A stretch of DNA of 64,000 bases from Candidatus Latescibacterota bacterium (GTDB lineage: Bacteria > Latescibacterota > UBA2968 > GCA-2709665): contig OZ250150.1 of assembly GCA_965237675.1 (NCBI GenBank), forward strand, positions 5,344,001-5,408,000, read 5' to 3'. Position numbers and translations under genes: made by a program. The notes under the pieces were generated by a model that had not been told where the DNA came from, did no database searches, and was given only the letters and a program-made list of their open reading frames with translations. Of the stretch, positions 39,061-50,700 are shown in pieces; position 1 is the first letter of the stretch, and each line of letters begins with the position of its first letter.

Positions 39061-39161
39061 TGTCATGGGTCGTTGCACAAAAAGCCTCTGGAGGAGTGCC
39101 GTGCCTCCCGGGGCTCTTTGTCTTCAGAGGCCCGCTAAAGCGGCGTAAAAGGGCAACATGG

Positions 39162-39190
39162 TTGACTTTTCAGCCGACTACCGGTAAATT
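39162..39190 (+). promoter_or_regulatory. sigma70-type promoter of the pdh operon
   Basis: TTGACT-N17-TAAATT upstream of aceE. Confidence 0.6.
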
Positions 39191-39262
39191 CAGAGGCCGA
39201 TGGGGCATCGATCAATCCGTCAGCGACAAGCCCGCACACGGCGAATCAATACGAGGCCGTTA

Positions 39263-41968
39263 ATGTCTGATAAAGTCGTCCGAAACCCTTCCCGGGACGT
39301 CGACCCCGCCGAAACCCAGGACTGGATCGAATCGCTCGACTACGCCCTGCAAAACTACGGACCGGACCGGGTACGCTTCCTGTTCAAGAAAATTGAAGAA
39401 TGGGCGCAACGGGCGGACGTCGTCATCCCCTTCAGCGCAAATACGCCCTACGTCAACACCATTCCGGTGGATCAGCAGCACCCGTACCCGGGCAACCGCG
39501 AAATCGAACGCCGTATCAAGAGCATCATTCGCTGGAACGCCATGGCCATGGTGGTACGCGCCAACCGCGAATACGACGGCATTGGCGGCCACATTTCCAC
39601 CTACGCGTCCGCGGCCACTCTGCTCGAGGTGGGTTTCGACCATTTCTTCCACGGCAGGGGCAACGGCTTCGTGGGCGACCAGGTGTATTTCCAGGGGCAC
39701 GCCGCGCCGGGCGTCTACGCCCGGGCTTTCCTTGAAGGCAGGATCGACGAACATGCCCTGGAAAATTTCCGCCGCGACCTCAGGCATCCCGGCGGGCTGT
39801 CCTCCTATCCGCACCCCTGGCTGATGCCCGACTTCTGGGAATATCCGACGGTGTCGATGGGGCTGGCGCCCATTATGGGCATCTATCACGCGCGTTTCAA
39901 CCGTTACCTGGAAGATCGAGGCCTTAAAGACACCTCCGCCTCCCATGTGTGGGTCTTCATGGGCGACGGCGAAACCGACGAGCCCGAGTCCCTTGGGGCC
40001 ATCACCCTGGCCTCCAGGGAGAAGCTGGACAACCTCATCTTTGTGATCAACTGTAATCTCCAGCGGCTGGACGGTCCGGTACGCGGTAACGGCAAGGTGA
40101 TCCAGGAACTGGAGGCCGCGTTCCGCGGCGCCGGCTGGAACGTCATCAAAGTGATCTGGGGCGACGACTGGGACCCGCTGCTGGCCCGGGACCACGAGGG
40201 TGTGCTCGTCCAGCGCATGAACGCGGTGGTGGACGGCCAATACCAGAAATATACCGTTGAACCGGGCGACTACATCCGCAGAGATTTCTTTGGTACGCAA
40301 CCCGAACTGCTCGGGATGGTCGACCACCTTTCCGATGAACAACTGCAGAAAATGCGCCGCGGCGGGCACGACCCCGAAAAAGTCTACGCCGCATACAAGT
40401 CGGCGGTGGAGCACCGGGGCTCACCCACCGTTATCCTGGCAAAAACGATCAAGGGCTACGGGATAGGCGAAGCCGGCGAAGGCCGGAACGTCTCCCACCA
40501 GCAGAAGAAACTGAACGAAGACGAACTGCGGGAGTTCAGATCCCGCTTCGGAATCCCCATCTCCAACGACGAAGTCGCCGCCGCACCCTTTTACCGGCCT
40601 CCCGAAGACAGCCCGGAAATTAAATATTTGAAGCAGCGCCGGGAGGAACTAGGCGGATACGTGCCCTGCCGAAACGTCAACACAAGACCTCTTGTCGCTC
40701 CAGCGCTGGACGTTTTTGACGAATTCCTGAAGGGTACGCTGGGTCGGCAGGTCTCGACCACGATGGCCTTCGTCCGGATGTTCTCCAAGCTCCTTCGCGA
40801 TCCCGTAATTGGCAAACTCATCGTGCCCATTATTCCGGACGAAGCCCGCACGTTCGGCATGGAACCGCTCTTTCGACAGTGTGGCATCTACTCCCACGTC
40901 GGCCAGCTCTACGAACCGGTAGACGCCGATACACTACTCTATTATCGGGAAGTCAGGGAAGGCCAGATCCTGGAAGAGGGCATCAGCGAAGCCGGCTCCA
41001 TGTGCTCCTTCATTGCCGCAGGCACCGCCTATGCCACCTGTGGCGTAAACACCATCCCGTTTTTCATCTACTATTCCATGTTCGGCTTTCAACGCATCGG
41101 CGACCTGATCTGGGCCGCCGCCGATATGCGATGCAAAGGTTTCCTCCTGGGGGGCACGGCCGGCAGAACGACGTTGAACGGAGAGGGCCTCCAACACCAG
41201 GACGGCCACAGCCACGTGCTGGCCAGCACCGTCCCCAACCTGCTCACCTACGATCCCGCCTATGCTTACGAAATCGCGGTCATCGTCCAGGACGGCATCC
41301 GGCGCATGTACGGGGAGCAGGAAGATATCTTTTACTATCTGACGCTGGGAAACGAGCCCTACGATATGCCGGCCATGCCGGAGGGCGCCGCGGAGGGCAT
41401 TATCAGAGGTATCTACAAACTCAAGCCGGGCTCGATGGAAAACGCATCGCACCACATCCAACTGTTTGGCAGTGGCGCAATCCTGAAGGAGGCCCTTCGC
41501 GCCCGGGAAATTCTGGCCGAAAAATACGGCATTTCCGCGCAGGTCTGGAGCGTCACCAGCTACAAGGAACTGCGAAAAGACGCCCTTGAAACCGAACGAT
41601 GGAACAGACTGCACCCCTCCGAGCCGGTACGTAAGCCCTATATCACCAACGTACTCGAAAATGCCGAGGGCCCGGTCGTGGCCGCTTCCGATTATATGAA
41701 AATCCTGCCCGACATGATCCGACCCTGGGTACCACAGGATCTGGTCGCCCTCGGTACCGACGGATTTGGAAGGAGTGATACCCGGGAGGCGCTTCGCCGC
41801 CACTTTGAAGTGGATGCCGAATTCATCGCCGTCGCGGCGCTCCACGCCCTCTCAAACCAGGGCAGGATCGGAAAAGACCAGGTTGAGAGCGCCATCGTGG
41901 ATCTCGGCGTGGACCCGGAAAAAGCCAATCCGGTCGCCGCGGGTCCTACGGTAAGTTACAGAAAATAG
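39263..41968 (+). CDS. aceE: Pyruvate dehydrogenase E1, homodimeric type
   Basis: D.DP.ET..W, GGHISTYAS, PTVSMGL, GDGETDEPES, NCNLQRLDGPV, GEGLQHQDG. Confidence 0.98.
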   Translation: MSDKVVRNPSRDVDPAETQDWIESLDYALQNYGPDRVRFLFKKIEEWAQRADVVIPFSANTPYVNTIPVDQQHPYPGNREIERRIKSIIRWNAMAMVVRANREYDGIGGHISTYASAATLLEVGFDHFFHGRGNGFVGDQVYFQGHAAPGVYARAFLEGRIDEHALENFRRDLRHPGGLSSYPHPWLMPDFWEYPTVSMGLAPIMGIYHARFNRYLEDRGLKDTSASHVWVFMGDGETDEPESLGAITLASREKLDNLIFVINCNLQRLDGPVRGNGKVIQELEAAFRGAGWNVIKVIWGDDWDPLLARDHEGVLVQRMNAVVDGQYQKYTVEPGDYIRRDFFGTQPELLGMVDHLSDEQLQKMRRGGHDPEKVYAAYKSAVEHRGSPTVILAKTIKGYGIGEAGEGRNVSHQQKKLNEDELREFRSRFGIPISNDEVAAAPFYRPPEDSPEIKYLKQRREELGGYVPCRNVNTRPLVAPALDVFDEFLKGTLGRQVSTTMAFVRMFSKLLRDPVIGKLIVPIIPDEARTFGMEPLFRQCGIYSHVGQLYEPVDADTLLYYREVREGQILEEGISEAGSMCSFIAAGTAYATCGVNTIPFFIYYSMFGFQRIGDLIWAAADMRCKGFLLGGTAGRTTLNGEGLQHQDGHSHVLASTVPNLLTYDPAYAYEIAVIVQDGIRRMYGEQEDIFYYLTLGNEPYDMPAMPEGAAEGIIRGIYKLKPGSMENASHHIQLFGSGAILKEALRAREILAEKYGISAQVWSVTSYKELRKDALETERWNRLHPSEPVRKPYITNVLENAEGPVVAASDYMKILPDMIRPWVPQDLVALGTDGFGRSDTREALRRHFEVDAEFIAVAALHALSNQGRIGKDQVESAIVDLGVDPEKANPVAAGPTVSYRK

Positions 41969-42000
41969 CAAACGCTCGCCGCACCCGCAAAGGAGGAACC

Positions 42001-43284
42001 GTGGCTGAGGAATTCAGACTCCCGGACCTGGGCGAAGGCATCCACCAGGCTGACGTGGTGCGTATCCTGGTCTCGGAAGGCGATTCTATCGACGTCGATC
42101 AGCACGTCATCGAGCTGGAAACCGACAAAGCGCTGGTTGAAGTCCCGTCTTCAATTGCCGGGACGGTCGCTTCGGTCAATGTCAAAAATGGCGACAGCAT
42201 CTCACCCGGCGCCGTACTCATCACCGTCGAAGCAGCCGACGCACGGGAAGCCGGGCAGAAATCACGCGCGTCTGAGGACGGGGTCCTCCCGCCCCAGCCG
42301 GATGCGCCGGAGGAACCGCAGACACCACGTGCTCCGTTGGCCGGGGACACGGCCAAAGAGACGCCCGCGGCCCCGGAAACAGCACACGCCACCGTGCCGG
42401 CCGCGCCCTCCGTCCGAAGATTCGCTCGGGAACTCGGCGTCGACCTGCGCCAGATTCCAGGCAGCGGCGCAGGCGGACGCATTACGCGTGACGACGTGAA
42501 GAGCTACGTCCAGTCCTCCCTGAACGAAGCGACAGCGGCAGGACCTGTTGTCGCGCCGGAACTACCCGACTTCACCCGATGGGGCCGTGTCGAACGACAG
42601 CCGCTGCCCGGAGTCCGCAGGACCATCGCGCAAAACGTCGGCACGTCGTGGGCGCAGGTCCCGCACGTCACGCAGTTCGATCGGGCCGACGTGACGGACC
42701 TGGAGGCTTTCCGGCGGCGGCACAAGGCCGGCACCGAAGCCCGGGGCAGCAAGCTCACGCCCACGCCATTTGTCCTGAAAGCCGTCGTCAGCGCAGTGAA
42801 AGCCTTCCCGCAGTTCAATGCCAGCCTGGATCTGTCCGCCGGACAGCTCATTCTCAAGCACTACTACAACATTGGCGTGGCCGTTGATACCGAGAGGGGC
42901 CTGCTCGTGCCGGTCATCCGCGACGTCGACCGCAAAGACATTTTCGCCCTGGCCGTTCAACTCGAAGAACTCGCCCGGCGCACGCGGGAGGGCAGGGCCG
43001 ACCTCGAAGAGCTCCAGGGCGGCACCTTTACCGTTACCAACCTGGGCAGCATCGGCGGCGCTTCCTTCACACCCATCGTCAACTTCCCCGAAGTCGCCAT
43101 ACTCGGCATGGGGCGGTCCCGACAGGAACCGGTTGTGCACGATGGGCGCATCGAACCACGCCTCATCATGCCAATCTGCCTATCGTACGACCACCGCGTC
43201 GTCGACGGCGCCGACGGCGCGAGATTCACCAGACACGTGGTCGAGTCCCTCGAAGACCCGGAACGCATGCTCCTCGGCGGATAG
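42001..43284 (+). CDS. aceF: Dihydrolipoamide acetyltransferase E2 (single lipoyl domain)
   Basis: ETDKA lipoyl motif, PSVRRFARELG, DHRVVDGA; AAGGAGG RBS. Confidence 0.95.
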   Translation: MAEEFRLPDLGEGIHQADVVRILVSEGDSIDVDQHVIELETDKALVEVPSSIAGTVASVNVKNGDSISPGAVLITVEAADAREAGQKSRASEDGVLPPQPDAPEEPQTPRAPLAGDTAKETPAAPETAHATVPAAPSVRRFARELGVDLRQIPGSGAGGRITRDDVKSYVQSSLNEATAAGPVVAPELPDFTRWGRVERQPLPGVRRTIAQNVGTSWAQVPHVTQFDRADVTDLEAFRRRHKAGTEARGSKLTPTPFVLKAVVSAVKAFPQFNASLDLSAGQLILKHYYNIGVAVDTERGLLVPVIRDVDRKDIFALAVQLEELARRTREGRADLEELQGGTFTVTNLGSIGGASFTPIVNFPEVAILGMGRSRQEPVVHDGRIEPRLIMPICLSYDHRVVDGADGARFTRHVVESLEDPERMLLGG

Positions 43285-43405
43285 TGTACATTTGCCGCTA
43301 CTGGTAAGTAGTAAGCCATATCTTTCACCAAACGTTAAGGCGTCGATGACGCCAGAGCAGCGCGGTCGATTTGTTTGAACGGGCACCGAAAGGCTACTGA
43401 AGCCA

Positions 43406-44881
43406 ATGCAACTAAGCCTTGATTTCTTGCGCAAACCTACGCCGGTTACCCCCGATAAAGCAAGTAGCCCGGTAGGCTACAAGGGACTGTACGGTTTTCA
43501 CAAATACTGGGGAAAGAAACCATACGAACCTCTAGCATTCGTAATAGAAGAATTGACCGACGAAGGCGACATTGTATTTGACCCCTTCGTTGGTTCCGGG
43601 ACTTCTGCCCGAGAATCCCTCATACGCAATCGCCGATTCATAGGCTTTGATGTCAACCCCGTGGCTGTAGAGTTGACCAAACTCTTGGCATCTCCACCTG
43701 ACTATTTAAGCATCCTGAAAGCCTTTCGTTTCATGGAAGGGGCCGTAAAAGAGCGAATTAATGATTCCTATCATCTAAATGATGGCCGAATTGCAACACA
43801 CTATCTTTGGGAAAACGACAAACTCATTCGGGTCTGGTTAAAAGGCGTTCGTGGACGTGGCCGTGAAGAATTAGTGCCGACGGTCCAAGATATCGACCTC
43901 GTTCGAGAATATGCATCCTACCGTTCAGAGTACATCCGAGAGCTTCGTTTTTTTTCTAACGGCAGAATCAACGCGCACGCAAATCTCTCGATTTCGGACT
44001 TCATGACTGGACGAGCGCAACGAAACTTAGATCTACTACTTGCCTCTCTCGGGGGACTCTCCCCGAATGTCCAGATGCCGATGAGATTGTGTCTTACAGC
44101 AGCTTCTGGCCAGATGACCAAGATGGTTTTTGCCGTCACTAATCGCGGCAAGACGACCGGAATGAACTCACCAAGAGTGGAGGTCGGCAGTTGGGTGATC
44201 GGTTACTGGCGTCCGAAACTTCATTTTGAGGTGAACGTCTGGAATTGTTTCGAACGACGGGTGTCAAGACTCTTAAATGCAGTCAAGGAAGGTGATCCCC
44301 TCCAAGGTACCGAAATATCTGAATCTCTTAGACAGTTCTATGCAGATGGTACACGGTGTTGCATTGAGTGTGCGCCGAGTCAGAAGGTCACTAGGCATGT
44401 TCGAAAAAAGTCAGTAAAACTGATATTGACCGATCCCCCTCATAGTGACCGTGTCCCCTATCTGGAACTTAGTGAATTTTGGAATAGCATCCTAGGCGTT
44501 GAGTCTCATTTTGGTTCAGAAATTGTGATTTCTAACGCAAAGGAACGAGCGAAAACACCAGACGTATATAACCAAACAATGAGTGAATTCTTTGGCACAT
44601 TGTCCGATCTCATGCGGGACGACGGGTTTCTTGTTTTATTATACAACGCACGCCAGGCGTCACGCTGGAGGTTTATTTCTCAACTTATCGACATGCCAGG
44701 AGGAGTTAGGTTTTTCGGGCAGTTTCCGTGTGTTTACTCAGCCGGTTCAGTGGTCCAAGACACCAGGAAGGGTAGCCTGAAAAACGACATAGCTTTGGTA
44801 TTTGGAAAACCAAACGTCGATTCCAGTAGACTTTGTCAACTCGTTAACATTCCAAACTGGTCGAAGGATCCACCGATCTGA
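43406..44881 (+). CDS. Amino-DNA methyltransferase (N6A/N4C) of a Type II-like RM system
   Basis: HKYWGKKP, motif I DPFVGSGT, motif IV variant TDPPH; AT-richer than flanks. Confidence 0.88.
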   Translation: MQLSLDFLRKPTPVTPDKASSPVGYKGLYGFHKYWGKKPYEPLAFVIEELTDEGDIVFDPFVGSGTSARESLIRNRRFIGFDVNPVAVELTKLLASPPDYLSILKAFRFMEGAVKERINDSYHLNDGRIATHYLWENDKLIRVWLKGVRGRGREELVPTVQDIDLVREYASYRSEYIRELRFFSNGRINAHANLSISDFMTGRAQRNLDLLLASLGGLSPNVQMPMRLCLTAASGQMTKMVFAVTNRGKTTGMNSPRVEVGSWVIGYWRPKLHFEVNVWNCFERRVSRLLNAVKEGDPLQGTEISESLRQFYADGTRCCIECAPSQKVTRHVRKKSVKLILTDPPHSDRVPYLELSEFWNSILGVESHFGSEIVISNAKERAKTPDVYNQTMSEFFGTLSDLMRDDGFLVLLYNARQASRWRFISQLIDMPGGVRFFGQFPCVYSAGSVVQDTRKGSLKNDIALVFGKPNVDSSRLCQLVNIPNWSKDPPI

Positions 44882-44890
44882 TAAGGGCTT

Positions 44891-45997
44891 ATGATGGACT
44901 TCGATATTGCGATGGAATTGTTCAGGGGTGACCGCATCCGAGAGCTTGCAGAATCTGCTGACGGTCTGCGATTTCTCAAGCTGCGTTCTCTATCGCGGCG
45001 AGAACATCTGGTAGAATTGTTCGAGGTGGCATTAATTACACCACAAGCAAGTTCAACCCGAGACATGTTTAGAGAGGCCTTTGAGTCGATCGCGGTGGAT
45101 GAGCAGATGATCAATCAGACGATTTCTCAGATCTACACATCGGAACGAAAAGAACGCCGAGCGAAAGAACCGGAACTCGTGAATCAGCTGTATCGTTTGG
45201 ATGTTTTCGATTGGGGTGGACTTCATCAAAACAGCTTAGAACGTACGATCGTTGATAACTATGTGAAGAAAATTTGCGACTACGATCAACTGTCTTACCG
45301 CATTGAGCACGAATTGCATCACAGTATGCGAGGCTATGTCTTGTGTTCGTGGTACAACCATTGGACGTCGATTCTCATCGAAGATATTTTTCGTGATCAT
45401 GCTGCCGTCTTGCCAGCCGTAGGACTAATTAAGAAGATCGACTTCTTTCTAAATGGCGTGCCATTCGATTTGAAGGTTACATATTTTCCGGAGGGTTTCA
45501 TCAAAGATTGCCGTCGTGAAAAAAACCGTCGACCAGAACTGACACTTCTTAAACAATGGGCTCGTAGAAACGGGGTACCGTTCAGTACTGATCTTCCCGA
45601 TGGTCGATTGCTTTCAGACTTGTGGTACAAAGCCAGTGACGATCCCTCGCATGATGGACGGCAGGTCCTAGCTGAGTTAATTGCCTTTCGGCACATGCTT
45701 TTACAGGAGATGCAAGCCGACCCATCCAGCCTAATTAGGTGGCTATATGAAAATCAAGGTGTGCGTCGTTTCGATGCATCCAATCGCTTGTTCTTAATTC
45801 TGGTTGATTCAACGGATTTTTTTGACTCTTGGAAATTAAAGCGCGCAAAACCGCTTCTGGATTCGGAGATAACCCGATTCCTCGACAACCGCTCAACAAC
45901 CCCAGGAAGAACACTGGAGTTCACTTGGCAGGGATCTACTTATTCTACAGTCTCCAACGCCTTGATCATTACTAAACCACACGGCCTGCGCATGTAG
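44891..45997 (+). CDS. Putative Type II restriction endonuclease
   Basis: 9 nt after the MTase; 'IE.IF...IDFF.....FDLKVT' PD-(D/E)XK-like motif. Confidence 0.7.
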   Translation: MMDFDIAMELFRGDRIRELAESADGLRFLKLRSLSRREHLVELFEVALITPQASSTRDMFREAFESIAVDEQMINQTISQIYTSERKERRAKEPELVNQLYRLDVFDWGGLHQNSLERTIVDNYVKKICDYDQLSYRIEHELHHSMRGYVLCSWYNHWTSILIEDIFRDHAAVLPAVGLIKKIDFFLNGVPFDLKVTYFPEGFIKDCRREKNRRPELTLLKQWARRNGVPFSTDLPDGRLLSDLWYKASDDPSHDGRQVLAELIAFRHMLLQEMQADPSSLIRWLYENQGVRRFDASNRLFLILVDSTDFFDSWKLKRAKPLLDSEITRFLDNRSTTPGRTLEFTWQGSTYSTVSNALIITKPHGLRM

Positions 45998-46230
45998 TTC
46001 TTAATTCGAAGACCTGCCCTATAACTTGATCTTCCTGCGGTACATAGTGCCACATTATACTTTGTCGAAAATAGTTCTGTTAGGGAGAGATTTTTTCCAA
46101 ACTCTATCAAACAACCAGTTACCACTCTGTCGCCTGAAGCAGTTGAATGACGTGCGACATTTATGTATCCGCTGTTGGTTGATGGTTTCTGCTCCGCGCT
46201 AAAATGCAATCGTCGCCGTCTGGAAATTCC

Positions 46231-47649
46231 ATGCCGGAAAACTCCCACAAGACCGACATCCTCGTTATCGGCGGGGGTCCGGGCGGCTACGCCGCCGCCT
46301 TCAGATCCGCCGACCTCGGCATCCCCGTCACCCTGTTAGAAGCCGACGACCGCCTCGGGGGCACATGCCTGCTCCGGGGTTGCATCCCCTCGAAGGCCCT
46401 GCTTCACGTCGCAAGCCTGATTTCGGAATCCCGTGAAGCGGCGGCGTGTGGATTGACGTTCTCCGAACCCGAAATCGATCTCGAGAAAATGCGGAAATGG
46501 AAAGACGGAATTCTCGAGAAGCTCTCACGCGGCCTCGACGCACTTTGCAGTCGCCGTCGAGTCACGCGGATCCACGGCCGCGCCGTCTTCGAAGCTTCCG
46601 ATCGGGTTCGTATCTCGGGGGGTGACGACGTCGCTCAAATCGACTTCGTCCATGCCATCGTCGCCACGGGGTCACGGCCCGCAGTGCCCCCGGTTTTCGA
46701 CATCGACAGCCCGAAGATCCTGGATTCGAATAAGGCGCTTGAACTGGAGAACATCCCCAATCGTCTGCTGGCCGTAGGCGGGGGCATCATCGGATTGGAA
46801 CTGAGCACCGTCTACGCCCAACTCGGAAGCCGGGTGACCCTCGTCGAGATCACCGCCGGCCTCTTGCCCGGTGTGGACCGAGACCTGGTCAAACCGCTGC
46901 AAAAACGCCTGGAAGGCATTTTCGACGACATCCACCTGAACACCGCGGTCACCGCCCTGGAGGAACACCGCGATGGGGTGTCCGCCAGTTTCGAGGGCGA
47001 GGCGCAGGCCGGTTCACAGACCTTCGACAACATCCTGCTCTCGGCGGGCCGTCTTCCCAACACCGAAAACCTGGGCCTGGAAAACACGCGGGCAGGGCTC
47101 TCGGATTCCGGCTTCATCGTCGTCGACGGCCACATGCGCACGGCCGACAGCCGCATTTATGCCGTTGGCGATGTCGTCGATGGCCCCGGGCTCGCGCACA
47201 AAGCCGCCCACCAGGGGAAAGTTGCAGCGGAAGTCATCGCCGGGCAACCCGCGGCCTTCGACAGCATCGTCCCTTCCGTTGTCTACACGGATCCTGAAAT
47301 TGCCTGGTGCGGCCTCACCGAAACACAGGCGCGGGAGCAGGATCGCCCCGTCAAAATCTCCCGCTATCCCTGGGCCGCCTCGGGCCGCGCGGCAACCCTG
47401 GGACGTACCGAGGGTCTCACCAAACTGATTTTCGACCCTGAAACCCACCGAATCCTCGGGGCGGGGATCGTGGGCCCCAACGCCGGCGAACTCATCGCCG
47501 AAGCCGTCCTCGGCGTCGAAATGGCCGCTGTCGCCGAAGACCTGGCGCACACGATCCACCCTCACCCTTCACTCTCCGAATCCCTTGGCATCGCCGCTGA
47601 AGTCCACATGGGTACCGCGACCGACCTCTACATCCCTAAAAAGCGATAG
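46231..47649 (+). CDS. lpdA: Dihydrolipoamide dehydrogenase E3
   Basis: GGGPGGY, GGTCLLRGCIPSK, GGGIIGLE, HPHPSLSE. Confidence 0.97.
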   Translation: MPENSHKTDILVIGGGPGGYAAAFRSADLGIPVTLLEADDRLGGTCLLRGCIPSKALLHVASLISESREAAACGLTFSEPEIDLEKMRKWKDGILEKLSRGLDALCSRRRVTRIHGRAVFEASDRVRISGGDDVAQIDFVHAIVATGSRPAVPPVFDIDSPKILDSNKALELENIPNRLLAVGGGIIGLELSTVYAQLGSRVTLVEITAGLLPGVDRDLVKPLQKRLEGIFDDIHLNTAVTALEEHRDGVSASFEGEAQAGSQTFDNILLSAGRLPNTENLGLENTRAGLSDSGFIVVDGHMRTADSRIYAVGDVVDGPGLAHKAAHQGKVAAEVIAGQPAAFDSIVPSVVYTDPEIAWCGLTETQAREQDRPVKISRYPWAASGRAATLGRTEGLTKLIFDPETHRILGAGIVGPNAGELIAEAVLGVEMAAVAEDLAHTIHPHPSLSESLGIAAEVHMGTATDLYIPKKR

Positions 47650-47758
47650 CGTTTCTGCGGGAGGCTCCTGTCACCCTGGACGATATTGCGGGCGAACCCC
47701 GGGCGATCCAAATTCAGTTTCGATGCTCCGTAAAGTTGCCAACTTTCCGGACGTGACA

Positions 47759-50700
47759 TCACTTCATCAGCACCATTTTCGTTACAGCCGTGAATTTACC
47801 CCCACGCACCACCAGACGGCAGCAGTAGACACCGCTGGACACCGCCCGCCCCGCGGCATCCCTCCCATCCCAGGTGACCTGGTAATATCCGCCCTGCCGG
47901 TTTCCCTCAGCCAGCACGCGGACCCGTTGTCCGAGCAGATTGTATACGATCAGCGAGATTTCGCCCGCCTCAGGTAGCTGGTAAGTGATCTGGCACTCGG
48001 CGTTGAACGGGTTCGGGAAATTCTGATGCAGGGCGTATTCCGAGGGTTCGGCCGGCGCTTTTCGCATGAAACGACCGCCGATCTTAAATCCCGTCACATC
48101 GCCCCGGTCGGTTCCTACCACCACGCCGTCTCCCAATCTCAGAATATGGGTGGGCTTCCCCGACGCCTTTCCCATGCCCCGGACCTCCCCGGTTCCGTCC
48201 AGTACGACGATGCTGCCGTCTTCACAGCCCGTCACGACCCAGGACGCGTCATAGGCGCGGAGGAACGCCAGCACGGTGGGCGGGCTGGGAAGCCTGCGGG
48301 ACCACACCCGATTGCACCGCGCATCCAGCGCAACCACGAGTCCTTTCGACGTCGCGGCAAGTATCTCCTTCCTCCCGTCTCCGTCCAGATCGCCGATATC
48401 CAGGTCGCGCATATTCTGTGCAGGTATCGGATTCCCGGGACCGAAGTTCGCGCTATAGAGCGCGGCGCCGTTTTCATTCCACACGGTCACCCGGTTCCAC
48501 GTGCCGTTGATCTCGCTGACCACCTCTCTCGTCCGGTCTCCGTCCAAATCTTCGTAAAAGATGTGTTTCCGGCTCATTGAGGCCCATCCGCCAATATAGG
48601 TGTGGCCCGCCGGTACCCCGGCAAACCGGCCGCGGGTCACATCAGACGTCCGACTATTCACCAGCGAAAGCGCATGCGAATCCGTGGGCTGACGTGCGAT
48701 CAGGAGATCGACACCGCCCCTGGGGCTCTCGATCAGGGCGAACCCGGTTCCGGGTCCCCAGAACACCGGCAGCCGTTCCACGAGCTCTCCATTGCTATTC
48801 AGGATTTCCAGCGTACACGCGCTTCCCACGAATGCCTGGCTCTGTCCGTTTCGGAAGATCCCCGTAGACAGTCCGTGGATTCCCTCGTGACCCGGCGCGG
48901 TTTTGAACCAGTAGGTCTTCCCCGCCTGATAGACCGCCGGGTGCATTTCGGACACAAACGTCCAGCGGCGTTTACCCTCCAGGTCGAACGCGATAACCTG
49001 TTCGTCCTTGCACCCGACCAGCAGCAGCTGGAACGCATCCCACCAGCGCAGCACCCGGACCGGTCCGTCCGTACCGAAAAACCGACCCTCCCGGCCATCC
49101 GAAGTCAGCAGATGAACTCCCCTGGCCTCGCCGACACCGATCCAGGCCTTGCCTTCGGCCTCGAAGGAGATCAAGTCCGTCGCCGCGCCGCCGATCCGTG
49201 TCCTGAAAGAGATAGGGATGGGCGGGCTATCCAGAACTGCTGGACCGCCATGACGTTCCGCATCCCGCCGGCGCGCCTCACGGGCCTGCAACAGCAGCCC
49301 CCTTAGCCGGTTGACCGTTACGGAGAGCACATTCGGATCCGGAGTCGCGCCGGTTAATTCATATCGACCCTTCGACACATGGAACACGGCGCCGCTGTCG
49401 GAAACGACATGTTGCGACAACGGAACGCCATCTATCCGGACATCCGACGGTTCAGCGAACGCTGCCCGGATGCGTGTATCGTCTCTTGTTTTGAGCACGG
49501 CGGATCCCGTGGGAAAATCCCAGTCCAGATCAACCGGTGCATCCGATGTGAAGAGAACCGCCTCCAATCCTGCGGTTTTCAGATCTTTCCCAAAGAGGTG
49601 GTCGCTGGCCAGCAGAACGACGTCTCCCTGAATCCCGGCGTACTCTCCGCCGACGGCAATGGCCGGTTCGGGAAGGCCGAGTACCGCCGCCTGGGTTCCG
49701 AGCCGGATGCAGGCGACCGGCGCTTCAACCGTGCCCTTGCCGGCAATCAGCGAAAAGAACGCACGCTCCTCACCCGAGGATACAGAGCCCCTCCACACCA
49801 TGGATGCCGTGCCTCTATTAAGCACGATTTCCACGGGGTCGGAGGCACGGATCCCAAGGCGGGTTCCGCCGCTTTCGATGTGCGACTCGCCGCCCGCTGA
49901 AACCCAACGCCATCGCCCCGGTCCCGTCCAATCCGTCCTCACTTCAAGATTCGCGCTATCCACCCGGAATTTCAGTCGATCCATGAACAACGCATACCTG
50001 CCCACGCGTTGCACCAGGGCGCGACGCCAACCGGTGAACGCCGCATCCGGAACCTCGGCGACGGCCACGGCCGTCTGACCGACCACATCCCGATAGCGAA
50101 GCGCCGCATCCATCGGGCTATGGGGCTCCACAAGCCCGTCGGCCCCGGTCAGTACCTGATTCGCGTATCCCTCGAGCACCGTCTCGCCATCCAGGCGGAG
50201 TTCCAGAACCGCAAACGAGTGGTAGGGGTTTCGCGATGCTCCGTTCAATCCGTCAATCAGGATATAATCTCCCGTCGCGTCGGTTGTGGTTCGAAAGCTC
50301 CCGAATTGAAACGAGTCCGACAGAGGCAGCCCACTGGCACGTCGTTTCCACAAGGGCTCCGGCACCGCGTGGACGCTCCATTCGTGCGTAAGGTCGGTCG
50401 GTTGCTCCGGGACAAGGGCGGACTCCGGCCAGAACGATTGGCCCAACCGGAACCCATCCATGTCCAGCCCGGTCCGACGGGCGTACTCCAGGTACCGCCC
50501 ATCTCCCGTGAGATACGCGGCCTTGTGGAGGTACCCGATCGAGGCGTAACGAAGGGCCCAGTCCGGCTCGCGCCCGGATATCAACATCTCCTGCCCTCGC
50601 AGCAGCGTCTCCAGCACGCCGTTCCCGAGCGCCGCCCGATCCCCCGAAATCAGCATATAAGTGAAAATCGGGGCAATGCCGGTACTGTACCAATAAAGAT

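Noticed and set aside
43281-46056. ATAGTGTACATT vs ATAGTGCCACATT as a target-site duplication around the RM cassette
   Set aside because: Imperfect and short, and AT-rich sequence continues past the second copy.
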